Below, in pieces: positions 37,932 to 51,893 of a stretch of DNA of 64,000 bases. This stretch comes from Macrostomum lignano. Taxonomy: Eukaryota. The stretch is taken from contig NIVC01002691.1 in the NCBI GenBank assembly GCA_002269645.1, positions 1 through 64,000 on the forward strand. Reading direction: 5' to 3'. Position numbers and translations under genes: made by a program. Position 1 is the first letter of the stretch. Each line of letters begins with the position of its first letter. The notes under the pieces are model-generated. The model was not told the DNA's origin and did not search any database. It was given only the letters and a program-made list of their open reading frames with translations.

Positions 37932-38494
37932 AAAAAGCAGAGTTAATTAGATAATTCAACTTTCTGGTCCAACTGTTGCCAGAGTGAGTGAAGGATCACT
38001 GCAGCTTACTGTATGTGCTATGCATGCGTGAATAAGATTTCTATATCTGTTAAATGTTTATTCTTCACGGAGAAATTGGTGCATTAAAAGAGCTCGTCCC
38101 GACCGCAGAGACATCCGGTTTCATTTTTTTTTCTGCTCCAACACTCGAAATTAATGGCCTTAATATGCGAGGCTTCTGGGTAAAAAAGCAATTTATTAAA
38201 GTTTATTTTTCTTACGCTCGACTGGAACGAATACTCGTAAGAATGACTCATCATCTATTGCGCCGGAGTGCTAAATGAACTGAAGCCAATAACCTCAACT
38301 GCGCAGCAGCAGCAAACTAATGTTCTTCTGCGATTGACAAAGTTTCAACTAAATCACTTGTACAGCAGCTGCAGACACTTTGGAGTGACCTTCTTTGTCT
38401 GCTTTACTAACTTTCCTATTGTTTAGAAAACTATAAGGGGTTTTAGAAATATTAGTTGAAGACTATGGCATCACCTAGAAATAGGAGTCACTCA

Positions 38495-40750
38495 TCTGTA
38501 GGATCTGGGAGAGTGACGGGTTCATCCACCTGTAGGATCTGGGAGAGTGACCCACCTGTAGGATCTGGGAGAGTGACCCACCTGTAGGATCTGGGAGAGT
38601 GACCCACCTGTAGGATCTGGGAGAGTGACCCACCTGTATGATCTGGGAGAGTGACCCACCTGTATGATCTGGGAGAGTGACCCACCTGTAGGATCTGGGA
38701 GAGTGACCCACCTGTAGGATCTGGGAGAGTGACCCACCTGTAGGATCTGGGAGAGTGACCCACCTGTAGGATTTGGGAGAGTGACCCAACTGTAGGATCT
38801 GGGAGAGTGACGGGTTCATCCACCTGTAGGATTTGGGAGAGTGACGGGTTCATCCACCTGTAGGATTTGGGAGAGTGACTGGTTCATCCACCTGTAGGAT
38901 TTGGGAGAGTTACCCACTTGTAGAATCTGGGAGAGTGACCCACCTGTAGGATCTGGGAGAGTGACCCACCTGTAGGATCTGGGAGAGTGACCCACCTGTA
39001 GGATCTGGGAGAGTGACCCACCTGTATGATCTGGGAGAGTGACCCACCTGTAGGATCTGGGAGAGTGACCCACCTGTAGGATCTGGGAGAGTGACCCACC
39101 TGTAGGATTCGGGAGAGTGACCCAACTGTAGGATCTGGGAGAGTGACGGGTTCATCCACCAGTAGGATCCGGGAGAGTGACGGGTTCATCCACCTGTAGG
39201 ATCTGAGAGAGTGACGGGTTCATCCACCTGTAGGATTTGGGAGAGTGACGGGTTCATCCACCTGTAGGATTTGGGAGAGTGACGGGTTCATCCACCTGTA
39301 GGATTTGGGAGAGTGACGGGTTCATCCACCTGTAGGATTTGGGAGAGTGACGGGTTCATCCACCTGTAGGATTTGGGAGAGTGACGGGTTCATCCACCTG
39401 TAGGATTTGGGAGAGTGACGGGTTCATCCACCTGTAGGATTTGGGAGAGTGACGGGTTCATCCACCTGTAGGATTTGGGAGAGTGACTGGTTCATCCACC
39501 TGTAGGATTTGGGAGAGTGACCCACCTGTAGGATCTGGAAGAGCGACCCACTTGTAGGATCTGGGAGAGTGACCCACCTGTATGATCTGGGAGAGTGACC
39601 CAACTGTAGGATCTGGGAGAGTGACGGGTTCATCCACCTGTAGGATCTGGGAGAGTGACCCACCTGTAGGATTTGGGAGAGTGACCCAACTGTAGGATCT
39701 GGGAGAGTGACGGGTTCATCCACCAGTAGGATCCGGGAGAGTGACGGGTTCATCCACCTGTAGGATCTGAGAGAGTGACGGGTTCATCCACCTGTAGGAT
39801 TTGGGAGAGTGACGGGTTCATCCAACTGTAGGATTTGGGAGAGTGACGGGTTCATCCACCTGTAGGATTTGGGAGAGTGACGGGTTCATCCACCTGTAGG
39901 ATTTGGGAGAGTGACGGGTTCATCCACCTGTAGGATTTGGGAGAGTGACCCACCTGTAGGATCTGGGAGAGTGACCCACCTGTAGGATTTGGGAGAGTGA
40001 CCCAACTGTAGGATATGGGAGAGTGACGGGTTCATCCACCTGTAGGATTTGGGAGAGTGACGGGTTCATCCACCTGTAGGATTTGGGAGAGTGACCCACC
40101 TGTAGGATCTGGGAGAGTGACCCACCTGTAGGATTTGGGAGAGTGACCCAACTGTAGGATATGGGAGAGTGACGGGTTCATCCACCTGTAGGATCTGAGA
40201 GAGTGACGGGTTCATCCACCTGTAGGATTTGGGAGAGTGACGGGTTCATCCACCTGTAGGATTTGGGAGAGTGACGGGTTCATCCACCTCTAGGATTTGG
40301 GAGAGTGACGGGTTCATCCACCTATAGAATTTGGGAGAGTGACTGGTTCATCCACCTGTAGGATTTGGGAGAGTTACCCACTTGTAGAATCTGGGAGAGT
40401 GACTCACCTGTAGGATCTGGGAGAGTGACCCACCTGTAGGATTTGGGAGAGTGACCCAACTGTAGGATCCGGGAGAGTGACCCACCTGTAGGATTTGGGA
40501 GAGTGACCCAACTGTAGGATCTGGGAGAGTGACGGGTTCATCCACCTGTAGGATCCGGGAGAGTGACGGGTTCATCCACCTGTAGGATTTGGGAGAGTGA
40601 CGGGTTCACCGACCTGTAGGATCCGGGAGAGTGACGGGTTCACCCAACTGTAGGATCCGGGAGAGTGACAGGTTCACCCACCTGTAGGATCCGGGAGAAT
40701 GACAGGTTCACCCACCTGTAGGATCCGGGAGAATGACAGTTCACCCACCA
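38495..40750. repeat. 26/33-bp two-variant minisatellite (CTGTAGGATCTGGGAGAGTGAC[GGGTTCAT]CCAC)
   Basis: About 2.2-kb array with interspersed short and long units. Confidence 0.95.
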
Positions 40751-41504
40751 AAGTAAAGCTAGTCAAAGTAAATATATTTAAACAAGCATAGATCCTGTAG
40801 ACCAACTTGGCAGAAAAATTTATAAATCATAAAGGCTGAATCTGAATGATACTCGTAGATGTACAAACTAGAAACAGTAAACCACAGGTGCAACAGTGTA
40901 TTGCGCCAAATACAAGCAGCCAGTTAATTATATATATTTTTTGCTTTACAAAGCAATCTAAAAAGATTTGTTGCAGAGGCAGAAAGGTGAATGGAAAAAT
41001 ATGCAATGCGCAAGTGTACTCGCATAATTTATACCAAGGGCCTATTAAATTTCAAACAAAAATCTACATACATCTTATAATATTACTGATGACAGAGAAA
41101 CAGTAGTATGTAATGAAGATAAAGGTGAAACTTATGTTAAATACTCAACTTTTTACTAGAAACTCAACCCTTTATAAATACTTCATATTAAATCCCGACA
41201 AAATCAAAGGAAACCAATAAAATATACAATCAACTTACACAAACGTCTCAACTCCTTGGAGTAAGTAGTTAATGTCAGTTTCGAAATCATACTTGTCATA
41301 ACCTGCCACTATTTTGCAAAATATGTAATCGAAATGTCAAGACCAACTATGAGTTTTTTGTTTATAATTTACAATGCAAAAAGAACAGGCAATATTACAA
41401 AATAGTATAAGAACATTGTTCGGTTAAGAATTGTGTTAACAATGACACTTGTAATATTTAGGAACTTGAAGCAAAAACAGGAACCTAAACGCCTGTGGAC
41501 AGTG

Positions 41505-42105
41505 CGGGCTGTGACTGAAGGCCTGAAGACAGAACGGGGCTGCGACTGAAGGCTCTGAGGACAGGGCGGGACTGTGACTGAATGTTTTGAGGACAGGGCG
41601 GGTATGTGACTGAAGGCTCTGAGGACAGGGCGGGTATGTGACTGAATGTTTTGAGGACAGGGCGGGACTGTGACTGAATGTTTTGAGGACAGGGCGGGTA
41701 TGTGACTGAAGGCTCTGAGGACAGGGCGGGTATGTGACTGAATGTTTTGAGGACAGGGCGGGACTGTGACTGAATGTTTTGAGGACAGGGCGGGTATGTG
41801 ACTGAAGGCTCTGAGGACAGGGCGGGACTGTGACTGAATGTTTTGAGGACAGGGCGGGACTGTGACTGAATGTTTTGAGGACAGGGCGGGTATGTGACTG
41901 AATGTTTTGAGGACAGGGCGGGACTGTGACTGAATGTTTTGAGGACAGGGCGGGTATGTGACTGAAGGCTCTGAGGACAGGGCGCGACTGTGACTGAAGG
42001 CTCTGAGGACAGGGCGGGACTGTGACTGAAAGCTCTGAGGACAGGGCGGGACTGTGACTGAAGGCTCTGAGGACAGGGCGGGACTGTGACTGAAGGCTCT
42101 GAGAA
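41505..42105. repeat. 32-bp minisatellite (GAGGACAGGGCGGGACTGTGACTGAAGGCTCT)
   Basis: About 18 units. Confidence 0.93.
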
Positions 42106-42804
42106 CGGGTATACCCTGCACATGCGTGCCTAACTATCAAGATAAAATAAGAACACAAAAATCAGATTAAAGCAGATTAGGTCTAGTTAAAGTCCAATAA
42201 ACAAAATGCTGCTTAGTAATTCAATAACAACCAGATTTTGATTAAAATTGAATTCAATGTCAAATACAGTACAGCCATGTCACACACTACTTCGAGTATT
42301 ATCTGGTGCATCCAGAGGGTCATTAAAAAGATTGATACCATGCCAATCTAAATTATAAAGGAAATTGATTGATAAATATCATATAATAAGATTTACAAGG
42401 AAATTAGTTCGCTATTTTGCTTACTATTAAGTAGCAATCAATGGTTATTCGACAAAAATAGTTTGTTTTTGTTACTTTTTAAATAGGCGCCAAAATTCGG
42501 GTTATAGCTAGCAACAAACAAATTTACTGATTGATTTCTGACTGAAGTTTAGCGCCAATTTCATCCCAGGTACTAAAATAACTGTGCCACTCACAATTAA
42601 AAATGTTAACAGCAGAGCGTCTACTTATTCTTCAGTAGCTTGTCTGTGCAGTGTAACTTATTTTAATGTGAGAGTTATAATTTCCTTTCCTTCCTCGCAG
42701 GGTTTGTACTTTGTAGTCTCAAAAGCATATATGGGGTTGCGAATGAACAAGCATTTAACTCGATTAAACTCGGACACAAGTAAAGCAAGACGGACGAATC
42801 TCAG

Positions 42805-44160
42805 TCTAGGGGGGCAGGCCCAGTCTAGCTCAGCCAATGAGAGGGCAGTAAGGAGAGAGGCCCAAGTCAGACAGACGAAACTCAGTCTAGGGGACAGGCC
42901 CAATCTGGCTCAGCCAATGAGAGAGCAGTAAGGAGAGAGGCCCAAGTCAGACAGACGAAACTCAGAGCCTCTTCATATCGCCGGTTCGAAAAACGGAACC
43001 GGTTCCGAACCATAAATGCGCAACCCCGGGAATCACCCGGCCGTTTCTATTGGCAACACACATGTAAGTCGCTATTGGCTGAGAGCAGTCACGTGACTAC
43101 TATTCTGTCCAATATAGCGACACACGTGTGTGTTGCCAATAGAAACGGCCGAGTGAATCCCAAGGTTGCATCCAAGCATGCTCCGAACCGGTTTGACGCA
43201 CATGAGCCTCTTCACGGCAATTGGTCTTAGAACCAGAATAAATTCGAGTTCTAGAACCAGAACCAGTGTGAAATGAGGAGCTTCGAACCCATTTTATGTT
43301 TGACAGTCTTTACAATTTAATTTTGTCGTTCTTTGACTTTGTTTCCTCTTGGATATGACAAAAAAGGAATAATTATATAACAACAATAAAAAATTGACGA
43401 TTTCAAATATATTTAACTGTTAAAGTGTAAACATGACAACGGTTCGAGAAAATTTCTCGAACCATATTCCAGAACCAGAACCATGTTCGTTCCGGAACTG
43501 ATTCTGTTTTTCGAACCATCGATATGAAGAGCATCGAACCGGTTCGGAACCGGTTCCGTTTTTCGAATCGGCCATATGAAGAGGCTCCTTCGATATGATA
43601 TGAATGATATGATATGATATGATATGATATGATATGATATGATATGATATGATACGATATGATATGATTCGATATGAAGAGCATCGAACCGGTTCGGAAC
43701 CGGTTCCGTCCCTCGAATCGGCGATATGAAGAGGCTCCTTCATATCGATGGTTCGAAAAACAGAATCAGTTCCGGAACATGGTTCTGATTCTAGAATATG
43801 GTTCGAGAAATTTTCTCGAACCGTTGTCATGTTTACACTTTAACAGTTAAATATATTTGAAATCGTCAATTTTTTATTATTGTTATATAATTAGTCCTTT
43901 TTTGTCATATCCAAGAGGAAACAAAGTCAAAGAACGACAAAATTAAATTGTAAAGACTGTCAAACATAAAATGGGTTCGAAGCTCCTCATTTCACACTGG
44001 TTCTGGTTCTAGAACTCGAATTTATTCTGGTTCTAGAACCGATTGCCGTGAAGAGGCTCTCAGTCTAGGGGACAGGCCCAATCTGGCTCAGCCAATGAGA
44101 GAGCAGTAAGGAGAGAGGTCAAAGTCAGACACGAAACTTAGCCTATGGGGGCAGGCCAAA
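42805..44160. repeat. About 80-bp CCAAT-containing tandem repeat split by a foldback insertion
   Basis: Units TCTAGGGG..CAGGCCCA..GCTCAGCCAATGAGAG.GCAGTAAGGAGAGAGG at 42805, 42885 and again after 44060. Confidence 0.75.
42965..44059. mobile_element. Composite foldback MITE with GAGCCTCTTCA termini; sub-element 43204-44059 has about 330-bp inverted arms around an (ATATG)n core
   Basis: GAGCCTCTTCA at 42965 and 43204, TGAAGAGGCTC ending at 44059; TCA (or CTCAG) duplication reconstructs the interrupted host repeat; inner palindrome at 43020-43180. Confidence 0.78.
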
Positions 44161-44566
44161 TCTATCTCAGTCATCGAGAGAACAAACAGTAAGGAAAGAG
44201 AGAATTCAAAGTCAGAACACAAATCGGGCAAGAGGAAAGCTAAAACTGTTTATCGGCCAGGCTAGGGCCCGGGGCGCTACCCCTTTTCTCTCTTGCTCGC
44301 TGTACACACACAACTGGATTTGGGTGCAGCTTCAAACAGGATGAATTATGCCAACTTAATTGGTCAGCTTTTAGAAAGCCAAAACTTTAAATATATTGTA
44401 AAATCTAATCGACTTCGAATTTTACGGTTTAATGTAAGACAAAAAACGCTCATTTTTTCTACTGAAAAAGAGTAGATAGAAACGCATTTTCTGCAAGTAA
44501 CACATCCAACTATTCTGGTTTTATTCGATAAATATTAATAGTAATAATCGTCATAATTTACACAGT

Positions 44567-47500
44567 TCAAGCCGTTGCCTCTTGATTTTGACCTTCTTTG
44601 TCATCCGACTCCGACTGCTGCTGAGACTGAAGCAGCAGCAGTTTGCTGGGATTAAAGTACAAATTCGAGGATCTGTACACCAGAGCCCAGATGTACGGTA
44701 TAAAGAACTCGTCTGGCGATTCCTCTTCAACGTATTTGTACTTTGGTTCGGGGAATTTTTTCAGCCTATCCCGACGAAAGCTGCGACTTCGTTCTTCGAT
44801 GACTCGCATGACCCGGTGCTCGGAGAGCTGATTCTGATGCTCAGAGCTGCTCTCGCCCAGAGCCGAAGTGAAATGATGCATCACTGTGCCCAAGTTCTGC
44901 AGAATGTCTTGGAAAGCAGGATGAGTAGAGAATGGCTGATACAGCTCCCTCTGGTGCAGCTGGGTATACACCAGGTGGGGATTCTCCGCCAACCGGTGGG
45001 TCAAAGCGTTATTAACAATCTCAAGGATGCAGCGCATCAGATCCTCAACTGAGGCCCGGTCAGCCTCCAGCTCAGCCATATTGGCTGGCCTACTCCGCAT
45101 CTCATCAACCAGTTTCTTTTGCTTCTTGGCCAGGTGAGCGAACAGGCCAAGTAGCTTCTGACAGGCGTACGGATGCAGGCCGGCAAAGTATGTAGACATG
45201 TTAGCCAGAGCTGCCAGGCAGTTGGTGTGCAGGTATTTATCGCGAGTCCGGCCAACATTCAGCTGAACAGTGCGGCAAAGTACAATGGCTAGCAGGCTGC
45301 CCAGAGACACCAAGCCAAGATGACGCTCGGTGAACCAGCCCGACACGCTGGCTGGCTGCAGCTGGATCTCGTGAACTCTGGTGCAGAACTGCTGGCACTC
45401 GGTTAGCATTAGCAGTACGATTAGGGCCATGTACACCTGTCAGGCGGCCGGGGTTTTGTGATTAGGGTTAGTCCTACTGTTGGTCTGTCTGTCTCTGTGT
45501 TAGTTTCTGTCTTGTCTGGTTTTAGTGTCTGTCCTTATTGTCCGTGTTGTCTTGTCTTTGTGCCTGTTCTTAATGTCCGTGTTGTCTTGTCTTTGTGCCT
45601 GTTCTTAGTGTCCGTGTTGTCTTGTCTTTGTGCCTGTTCTTAGTGTCCGTGTTGTCTTGTCTTTGTGCCTGTTCTTAATGTCCGTGTTGTCTTGTCTTTG
45701 TGCCTGTTCTTAGTGTCCGTGTTGTCTTGTCTTTGTGCCTGTTCTTAGTGTCCGTGTTGTCTTGTCTTTGTGCCTGTTCTTAGTGTCCGTGTTGTCTTGT
45801 CTTTGTGCCTGTCCTTAATGTCCTTGTTGTCTTGTCTTTGTGCCTGTTCTTAGTGTCCGTGTTGTCTTGTCTTTGTGCCTGTCCTTAATGTCCTTGTTGT
45901 CTTGTCTTTGTGCCTGTCCTTAGTGTCCGTGTTGTCTTGTCTTTGTGCCTGTCCTTAATGTCCTTGTTGTCTTGTATTTGTGCCTGTCCTTAATGTCCTT
46001 GTTGTCTTGTCTTTGTGCCTGTCCTTAATGTCCTTGTTGTCTTGTCTTTGTGTCTGTTCTTAGTGTCCGTGTTGTCTTGTCTTTGTGCCTGTTCTTAGTG
46101 TCCGTGTTGTCTTGTTTTTGTGCCTGTCCTTAATGTCCTTGTTGTCTTGTCTTTGTGTCTGTTCTTAGTGTCCGTGTTGTCTTGTCTTTGCGCCTGTCCT
46201 TAATGTCCTTGTTGTCTTGTCTTTGTGTCTGTTCTTAGTGTCCGTGTTGTCTTGTCTTTGTGCCTGTTCTTAGTGTCCGTGTTGTCTTGTTTTTGTGCCT
46301 GTCCTTAATGTCCTTGTTGTCTTGTCTTTGTGTCTGTTCTTAGTGTCCGTGTTGTCTTGTCTTTGCGCCTGTCCTTAATGTCCTTGTTGTCTTGTCTTTG
46401 TGTCTGTTCTTAGTGTCCGTGTTGTCTTGTCTTTGTGCCTGTCCTTAATGTCCTTGTTGTCTTGTTTTTGTGTCTGTTCTTAGTGTCCGTGTTGTCTTGT
46501 CTTTGCGCCTGTCCTTAATGTCCTTGTTGTCTTGTTTTTGTGTCTGTTCTTAGTGTCCGTGTTGTCTTGTTTTTGTGTCTGTTCTTAGTGTCCGTGTTGT
46601 CTTGTTTTTGTGTCTGTTCTTAATGTCCGTGTTGTCTTGTCTTTGTGCCTGTTCTTAGTGTCCGTGTTGTCTTGTCTTTGCGCCTGTCCTTAATGTCCTT
46701 GTTGTCTTGTCTTTGTGTCTGTTCTTAGTGTCCGTGTTGTCTTGTCTTTGTGTCTGTTCTTAATGTCCGTGTTGTCTTGTCTTTGTGCCTGTTCTTAGTG
46801 TCCGTGTTGTCTTGTCTTTGCGCCTGTCCTTAATGTCCTTGTTGTCTTGTCTTTGTGTCTGTTCTTAGTGTCCGTGTTGTCTTGTCTTTGTGCCTGTCCT
46901 TAATGTCCTTGTTGTCTTGTTTTTGTGTCTGTTCTTAGTGTCCGTGTTGTCTTGTCTTTGTGTCCGTGTTGTCTTGTCTTTGTGCCTGTCCTTAGTGTCT
47001 GTGTCGTATAGTCTTAATGTCTGTTTGCCTGCCCTAGTGCTGTTTGTCTTGCCATATTGTCTATTTTGTCTTTTATTCTTGCCTGTTTGTCCGTCTTTTT
47101 TTCCAGGTATCTCTCTGATTTGTCTTAGTGTCTCTTTTATTTAATTTTAGTGTCTTCGAGCCTTAGTGTTTGTCTGTCTGTCAATCCGTGTTCAACCGCC
47201 CACCCCCGCCTCTCACCTGATGCGAGCTCTTCTGAGCCTCAGAGTGCAGAGTTCGCAGTATGGGCAGCAGCAGGCCAGCGAGCTGGGAGTCGTCTCCGCC
47301 CTGCCTGCCAACGTAGCCCCTGAACTGCAGACCACCGGCCGAGTGCAGCAGCAGATACAGCATCAACAGGGCTTCATCTCTAGGCAGCCTATCGCAGATG
47401 GCCTTCAACAATAGATTGAAATCTACTCGGAAACTAATCAGATTACTAGCGGCTGATGACAAATGCTCAACATTGCCCGGATCATTGGCATGGGCGCAGC

Positions 47501-48560
47501 TGAGCAGGGCCTCTCGATAAGGATTGCGGAACCGCCTGGCCCCGGCGCAGTGATTTGCCAGCACCAGAGACAGCAGGCAGCTCTGGTCGGCCAGCAGGCC
47601 AGTGCGGAGCTGAGCTCGCTGCTCAGCAGCCGGGTTCGAGCCGTAGCCCAGAGTGACCATGGACCACAGGCCGGATGCCAGACTATTATACAGGCCGGCT
47701 GATCCACCAGCATTGACCAGCATTCTATCGGGAGCTGGCGGCCGCTGCACATAGTATTTCAACAGCACCTCCATCAGGCGGAAGGCGTGCATAGAGCAGC
47801 GGCCGGTGTACAGGATCTGGTAGAAGGTCAGCTTCTCAGCCGGCTCAGTTCGGTACATCTGAACGCTGAGCAGCACTAGCAGGCTGCACACGCTTTCGTA
47901 CACAACAGGAAATGTTGACTCGCGAACCGGGAGCACCACTAGCAAGTGTACAAGAGCTTCTATCAGCTCTTCAACCATGGTGGCGTCCGCCTCGGATGAG
48001 GAATTCGATTCGTCGCTTCCGTCGCTTTCGTCACCGCTGTTGTCGGCCTCTTCAAGGTCGCGCTTGCTGGTGGCAGCTGAGGCGTCGCCCTGACTCTGGC
48101 GCTGCTGATTGAGCAGCCTTCGCTGATGCAGCTGCTTGTCTGGACAGTGCTCAATCTGACTCAGCAGCAACTCATCGCTCAATTGCTCAACCAGGTGTTT
48201 AATTATGCAACGCGAGATGAACAGAGCATTGTAGAGCTGCATCAGGAAAATGTCACTTTGACGCCCATCAGCCAGTGGTTCGAGTACAAACTGTTGCAGA
48301 TTGGAAACCATGGTAACTAATACTCTGAGCAGGCTATTGAGATTGCCAGATGAGACATTATTAACAGTGAAAGTGGTTAGAAGGTTGGCCGTTTGTTCCT
48401 CGAGCAGTTTAGCATCTGTACTGGTGACTGGCGGTACAAAAGCATAGCTAAGCAGCTGGTTCCAATAGGGATCATTGCTGGAGATGGGCTGCTTGCCGCA
48501 CAGTCGGATTAAGTACTCATTTGAGGACAGCTCTGCCAGTGAGCTACTGTTGGCACCCAT
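44567..48560 (-). CDS. DYM: Dymeclin, two coding exons (48560-47217, 45436-44567; 737 aa)
   Basis: MGANSSSLAELSSNEYL...NDPYWNQLLS N-terminus (myristoylation MG); SSHQ|VYMALIVLLMLTE junction; KYKYVEEESPDEFFIPYIWALV C-terminal motif; canonical GT/AG, phase 0. Confidence 0.95.
45530..46990. repeat. 35-bp intronic minisatellite (TGTCCGTGTTGTCTTGTCTTTGTGCCTGTTCTTAG)
   Basis: Fills most of dymeclin intron 45437-47216. Confidence 0.95.
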
Positions 48561-49902
48561 TGTGGCTGCAATGTTTTAGTGGTAGCAAAATGTTACACTT
48601 TCATAATCTTGCTAAAGTCCCGATCAAATCCTTAGCTAAATGACTCAACTGATTTTCATGAAACTGGCACTATTCAATCAGAGTTTTTCTGAATTTTTTA
48701 GAAATTTTCAGAATTTTTTATTCTGATTGCATCATAACTGAATTGTGACTCAGACTTAAATTGTATCACAGTATTGAAAATATATTCTTTGGGGAATGCT
48801 AAGATGTTAAGGCTCATGGAAAATATCTCACATCAAGGCTTGGGAGGAATTGTTATAATGCATATGATTCTTAGGGAGAACTGATAAGATATCAAGAGCC
48901 CTATTTTAGCCAAGGTCTAAACTGCACCAGATGCCTCCTTTTCCCATGCTAAACCATACCAACATGCCAGATTGCCAGACTATGCCTATACTGCTAGTGG
49001 ATTATCTATACTAGGCTTAGATATTGTCCACAATAATGTAATGGTCATTGGCTGCAATAAGGATGCCACGGCTTTTGGGAAAGAATTACTAAGATGTCAA
49101 AGCTTATTAAGGGAATTGCTAAGAGGTGAAGGCTTGCTGGAGGAATTGCTAAATATCAAGGCTAGGGAGATCTACTAAGATATCAAAAGGCTTGGGAGGA
49201 ATTGCAATGATGTCAAGGCAAATAAAATTCATATAATAATTTTTGTATCTTGCTTTTTGGCTACCCTAAAAGAGGGTACCAGATTGCTAATATTATAAAA
49301 AATATATAATGGTAATGAGCATATAGATATGCATTACATTTAGTATTATAAATATTATAATATTAGTAATAGTTAAATAATAAGGCTATAAGTATTGTAA
49401 TTAAAAATAGAGAAACATGTTTTAAATATATTGATACAATGGTAAATTCTAGTCTCTAGTGGTTCTTGTTATTGACCTTAACTAGATCAAACTTAATGTA
49501 AATTATTTTTTCCAATTTATACTTTGTATCCAGGGTTAGCCAATTCTAGCCGGTAGGCTATACTAGCCTACAAAGCCCCTCTATCTAGGGCTTAGCCTTT
49601 GGGTCCTTTGTAACTTCACAAAAGCAATCTGACCTACTCAATATTTGTTTCTTCTTAGCTTTTTTATTTTTCAATTTTTTCTTATTTCCATTTCTCTTTT
49701 CTCTCCTCAACTATTTCAACTCTACCTATTTCATCTTTTATCTTTTATTTTATCTTCTTTTTCCTTTATTCTGTTCTAGATATTGTCTTTTTTATTATTT
49801 TGTCCTTCTTTCTCCCTATTAGAATAAGTAGACAAAAGGTGTCTGACCATCTATATCTATATTAATATCAAGGCAGTAGTGTTGCAATATGGTGCAGTTC
49901 TT

Positions 49903-49966
49903 GGGTAAATGGCAAGAGTAACTATGACTGTCTTATTAAAGCTAGATGTCTCATTATTGAATTAGT
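49903..49966 (+). pseudogene. Fourth, decayed copy of the 28S rRNA fragment (MITE family relic)
   Basis: GGGTAAATGGCAAGAGTAACTATGACTGTCTTATTAAAGCTAGATGTCTCATTATTGAATTAGT shares the MITE-specific substitutions (ACTGTCTTAT, TAGTACT); TIRs not recognisable. Confidence 0.68.
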
Positions 49967-50529
49967 ACTTTGTCTATTTTTGGTATAAAAGTTAACATGT
50001 TCTGTGTTACGTTGCATTTTTGAGCTATGATTCTAGACCCCATTTCATGTGTACATAGATTTTCTATACTTTTTCCAATAGGGTCTCTTTTCTTTTCTCT
50101 CTCTTCTCCTCTGGCCTTCAGCCAATGTCATGCACTAGCTACTAGTGACTAGCCATAGTCCAGATCATAGCGGGTATATGCCGGAATGAAAATTCATGTT
50201 TTTTTCAATTTTATACTAATTTTATACTATACTAACATACTAACATATTTGTATACTAACAATTTTATACTAATTTTATACTATACTAACATACTAACAT
50301 ATTTGTATACTAACAATTTTATACTAAAATTAAAAAAATATTATGCTGAGCCTAGAGTTGCTTATAGGCCAGTTTTTTAGAGAATATATTCTTTGTAATA
50401 AAAGAGTTTTACTAAACATCACAACAGCATTTTTTGCTAAAAACTGATATTATTTGTTTTAATTTTGTTTTTCTCATAAATTGCACTAATATTTTTATTT
50501 TAGTTTTTGATTATTTTTAAAAGAGCTCA

Positions 50530-51780
50530 AATGTGTATGCCAACTGTGGGTCTTAGTCATTTTGTCAACTGGCCATTTCATCAACTCAGTTTTTGCATTG
50601 GTCATTTCATCAACTAGCCAATGAAGCAGTCTCAAACCTCGGTCACTTTGTCAACTGACCAACGGGGAGTTCCCCAACATTGGTCACTTTGACAACTGCC
50701 AATAAACTATCCCCCATGGCCACAAAACAACTAAAACTTGTAACTAAAACTAAAACAACAGCTTGTAATATTGTATATATGCTCAGCTCACTCACTCACC
50801 TGAACAGGGTTTTAAATGTACATCTCTCCTATGTACAGCTGCTTATCAGTTTTATTAGACTAAGAAAAATAAACTTAAAAGACAAACTTGCATTGCATTA
50901 CACACTAATTTTTGGACTGACCAAGAGCCCAGAGGCTTAAAACTGGTAGCCTATATACTTGTACTAAATTTTAACACTCTTCTCTCTCTCAACCTTTCTC
51001 TCTTTCTCCCCCTTCTCTCTCTCTTTCACTTTCTCTATATCTCTCTCTCATATCAGGCATTTACTAGCATTGGCAGCATACAATTCCTCCAAAAGACCTT
51101 GTTCATCCCCCTCTGCTAGCTTGTGCATGATATGCTTCGAGAGCATTACTGGATATCAAGATTCGCTGTGGGGGATCAGCTTTGGTTGACTGCGCACAGC
51201 AGGGTAGAGGGGTGGGAAGGCGCACATTACAATCCACCAATTTTTACGACTCCACAAGGGACTATTAGCAGTCCTCCCAATGCGTTTTGATAGTATGAAT
51301 GCCCACCATGTATGTGAACACATGTACTATATGCAGATTGCATAAAACACAAATGCTCAAGATTCATTGATGCCCGGACATATATAAGTATGAGTATGTA
51401 AGGGTGATGCATTTGAATCTAGAATATTCGCATCAGAATATTTAACCTATTGAATACATCTATAATGGGCATGCAATTAACATTTATACTGTACACTGTA
51501 ACAAAATTGCAAAGTTTGATCATTTCAAATAAAATTAGGTAATTATTAAAACAAATTCATTGATATAACAACTATTGTAAACTATGCTGCTGTATGAACT
51601 ATATATCATTGATACAATGATAATTTTGGTCATTTTGTCAACAAGCAAATGAGGAGGACCTAGGCACTGGTCACTTCGTCAACTACCAGTAAAGTTGCCT
51701 TGATACTTTGGTCACTTAGTCAACCGAGTTGACGAAATGCCACTTGATGAAATGACCATCAATTGCCAACTATGCGTATT
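50530..51780. mobile_element. Old non-autonomous DNA-transposon relic with GGTCATTT(C/T)RTCAAC subterminal repeats in inverted orientation
   Basis: Repeated ggtcatttcatcaact at 50545-50700; inverted gttgacgaaatg/gatgaaatgacc at 51728-51760. Confidence 0.4.
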
Positions 51781-51893
51781 TCATATTGAATCTAAAAATT
51801 CTATGCCAAATGTATGCCAACATTGTTAGCAAGAGCAAAAATATGCTGGAATTTTCTGGCATAAAGACCATCTTCCAGACTATGGGTAATTAG

